A stretch of 6,468 nt of DNA from NCBI GenBank assembly GCA_937968065.1, contig CALBUD010000078.1, forward strand, positions 1-6,468, given 5' to 3'. Origin of the DNA: Candidatus Iainarchaeum sp. Its GTDB lineage: Archaea > Iainarchaeota > Iainarchaeia > Iainarchaeales > CSSED10-239. Of the stretch, positions 5,691-6,468 are shown one piece after another; positions within the stretch are counted from its first letter, which is position 1; every line of letters begins with the position of its first letter. The translations under genes were made by a program, and so were the position numbers. The notes beneath the pieces are model-generated. The model searched no databases, was not told the origin of the DNA, and worked only from the letters and a program-made list of their open reading frames with translations.

Positions 5691-5838
5691 CTGCATAACC
5701 TCTATCATCAACTCTAATCTTATATTCACTTACAAGAAACTTGAATACATCTTGATTAGACTTAAGATTGTAGTTTATTTTGATAAGATTGATCTTATCC
5801 TTTTCTTGCTCTGTTAAATATATATTATACTGAACCAT
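5680..5838 (-). CDS. Ribbon-helix-helix (CopG/Arc-like) DNA-binding protein, 52 aa
   Basis: It is not in the ORF track. I translated it by hand: MVQYNIYLTEQEKDKINLIKINYNLKSNQDVFKFLVSEYKIRVDDRGYADDK. ATG is at 5836-5838 and TGA at 5680-5682. A GAGG-containing SD (AAGAGGAATGAT) lies upstream. The layout fits an RHH fold: a short beta-strand (NIYLTE), helix 1 (EQEKDKINLIKINY), a turn, and helix 2 (SNQDVFKFLVSEY). Confidence 0.6.
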   Translation of the reverse strand: MVQYNIYLTEQEKDKINLIKINYNLKSNQDVFKFLVSEYKIRVDDRGYADDK

Positions 5839-5855
5839 TTTTAATCATTCCTCTT

Positions 5856-6158
5856 TTAAATTTTTCCTCTAATATAGTTTCTTAATTCCTTTACAATAGT
5901 TGTGTATGCAAATATAACTAATATAACTATTAATGTTAAGCTAATATAACCAAATACTATGTTATTAGTAATAATCCACCCTATAAATGAAAGCACCACA
6001 AATAACAATATTTCTATATTCTGTAATCTTGATTTAATATCTATTAACTCATCTTTATCAAAAAATTGTTTGTCCATTCTGTTAATATAAACCCAAGTTC
6101 CAACAGGTTTCTTTCCAGTAACAATTTTGTTTTTTTCTAAGTATTCACTTGGTTTCAT
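5856..6158 (-). CDS. Membrane protein with a soluble N-terminal domain of about 45 aa plus a TM hairpin
   Basis: This is a 100-aa ORF. ATG at 6158 is preceded by GTGAT (6164-6168) with a 5-nt spacer. The hydrophobic segments are ILLFVVLSFIGWIITNNIVFG and ISLTLIVILVIFAYTTIV. Confidence 0.8.
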   Translation of the reverse strand: MKPSEYLEKNKIVTGKKPVGTWVYINRMDKQFFDKDELIDIKSRLQNIEILLFVVLSFIGWIITNNIVFGYISLTLIVILVIFAYTTIVKELRNYIRGKI

Positions 6159-6217
6159 TTTTTATCACTTTTTAAATATGAATCCTTTTATCTGTCTTTT
6201 GTAATTGATTAAACACC

Positions 6218-6382
6218 TTAAACCATCTCCCTTACAGTTATATTATAAAGTCCAAGCTTCTTGGCAGAATAATTAGATGCTTTATCAGAAAAAGCATTAT
6301 ACTTAACTCTTTGAATAGATTGGTTTAATTTCTCCATTCTTAATTCTCTAACAATTCTATTTACTTCATTTTTGAAATTCAT
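6218..6382 (-). CDS. Small protein, first gene of the minus-strand operon, possible HTH DNA-binding protein (54 aa)
   Basis: It is not in the ORF track. I translated it by hand: MNFKNEVNRIVRELRMEKLNQSIQRVKYNAFSDKASNYSAKKLGLYNITVREMV. ATG at 6380-6382 directly follows an in-frame stop. The SD GGAGATGG (6387-6394) lies upstream. The C-terminal SNYSAKKLGLYNITVREM loosely resembles a helix-turn-helix. Confidence 0.55.
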   Translation of the reverse strand: MNFKNEVNRIVRELRMEKLNQSIQRVKYNAFSDKASNYSAKKLGLYNITVREMV

Positions 6383-6401
6383 TTAACCATCTCCTATTTA
6401 T

Positions 6402-6426
6402 TTGTTATAACTTGGTGTTATAACAA
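6402..6426. promoter_or_regulatory. Perfect inverted repeat TTGTTATAAC-N5-GTTATAACAA, a candidate operator
   Basis: The 10-bp arms are at 6402-6411 and 6417-6426, with spacer TTGGT. Each arm contains the self-complementary octamer GTTATAAC. The repeat lies between the TATA-like box and the SD of the first minus-strand gene, about where transcription would start. Confidence 0.55.
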
Positions 6427-6445
6427 TATAATATGAACCAATCTA

Positions 6446-6453
6446 TTTATAAA
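6446..6453 (-). promoter_or_regulatory. TATA-box-like element TTTATAAA, a candidate promoter for the minus-strand operon
   Basis: The palindromic TTTATAAA has an A-rich sequence upstream on the minus strand (CAAAAGC, BRE-like). A start about 26 nt downstream would fall near 6423, inside the inverted repeat. A bacterial reading is also possible: TTTATA, a 17-nt spacer, then TATATT. Confidence 0.35.
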
Positions 6454-6468
6454 GCTTTTGTTTTAAGA

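Noticed and set aside
5691-5729. GTG start at 5729 for the 65-aa track ORF
   Set aside because: It has no SD and would overlap the RHH ORF by 50 nt in another frame. The in-frame ATG at 5690 has AGAGGT 7 nt upstream. I prefer the shorter gene model, although the longer one cannot be formally excluded.
6159-6217. 59-bp spacer with a 14-codon GTG ORF (MFNQLQKTDKRIHI) and a TAATTGATTA quasi-palindrome
   Set aside because: The ORF is very short and depends on a GTG start. The palindrome has only 4-bp A/T arms. Neither rises above the background expected in AT-rich DNA.
1-6468. Search for tRNA, rRNA, CRISPR repeats, terminal inverted repeats, att-like direct repeats and transposase or integrase genes
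   Set aside because: I saw no regularly spaced repeats, no cloverleaf-like GC-rich segments and no long non-coding stretches. No ORF has recognisable recombinase motifs. Provirus or plasmid status therefore cannot be decided from this window alone.

Overview
This is an AT-rich window (by eye about 25-30% G+C) with almost no non-coding sequence. It holds two convergent operons that meet stop-to-stop at 4150-4155 (TAATTA).

The plus-strand operon (1-4152) encodes:
- a 5'-truncated large beta-sandwich surface protein with a C-terminal triple-TM anchor
- two small, very hydrophobic membrane proteins
- two small basic proteins
- an SD-led 18-codon Arg/Lys micro-ORF that is absent from the ORF track
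- a polytopic (about 10-11 TM) GT-C-like membrane protein

The minus-strand operon (6382 down to 4153) has eight short genes. Two are absent from the ORF track: a 54-aa possible HTH protein at 6218-6382 and a 52-aa ribbon-helix-helix protein at 5680-5838. The others include two TM-hairpin proteins and an acidic E/K-rich protein. The operon appears to be driven from a TATA-like box plus a perfect 10-bp inverted repeat at 6402-6453.

Nearly every gene has a GGTGAT/GAGGTG-type Shine-Dalgarno (SD) motif, and several junctions are ATGA or TAA-ATG. I recognise no rRNA, tRNA, CRISPR array, transposase, integrase, polymerase, terminase or classical capsid protein.

My best reading is an envelope/adhesion structural module plus an early/regulatory module of an uncharacterised virus, provirus or plasmid. 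The host would be low-GC and SD-using, possibly a methanogen-like euryarchaeon, but a low-GC bacterium is not excluded. All functional calls rest on composition, motifs and architecture read by eye, not on homology searches.
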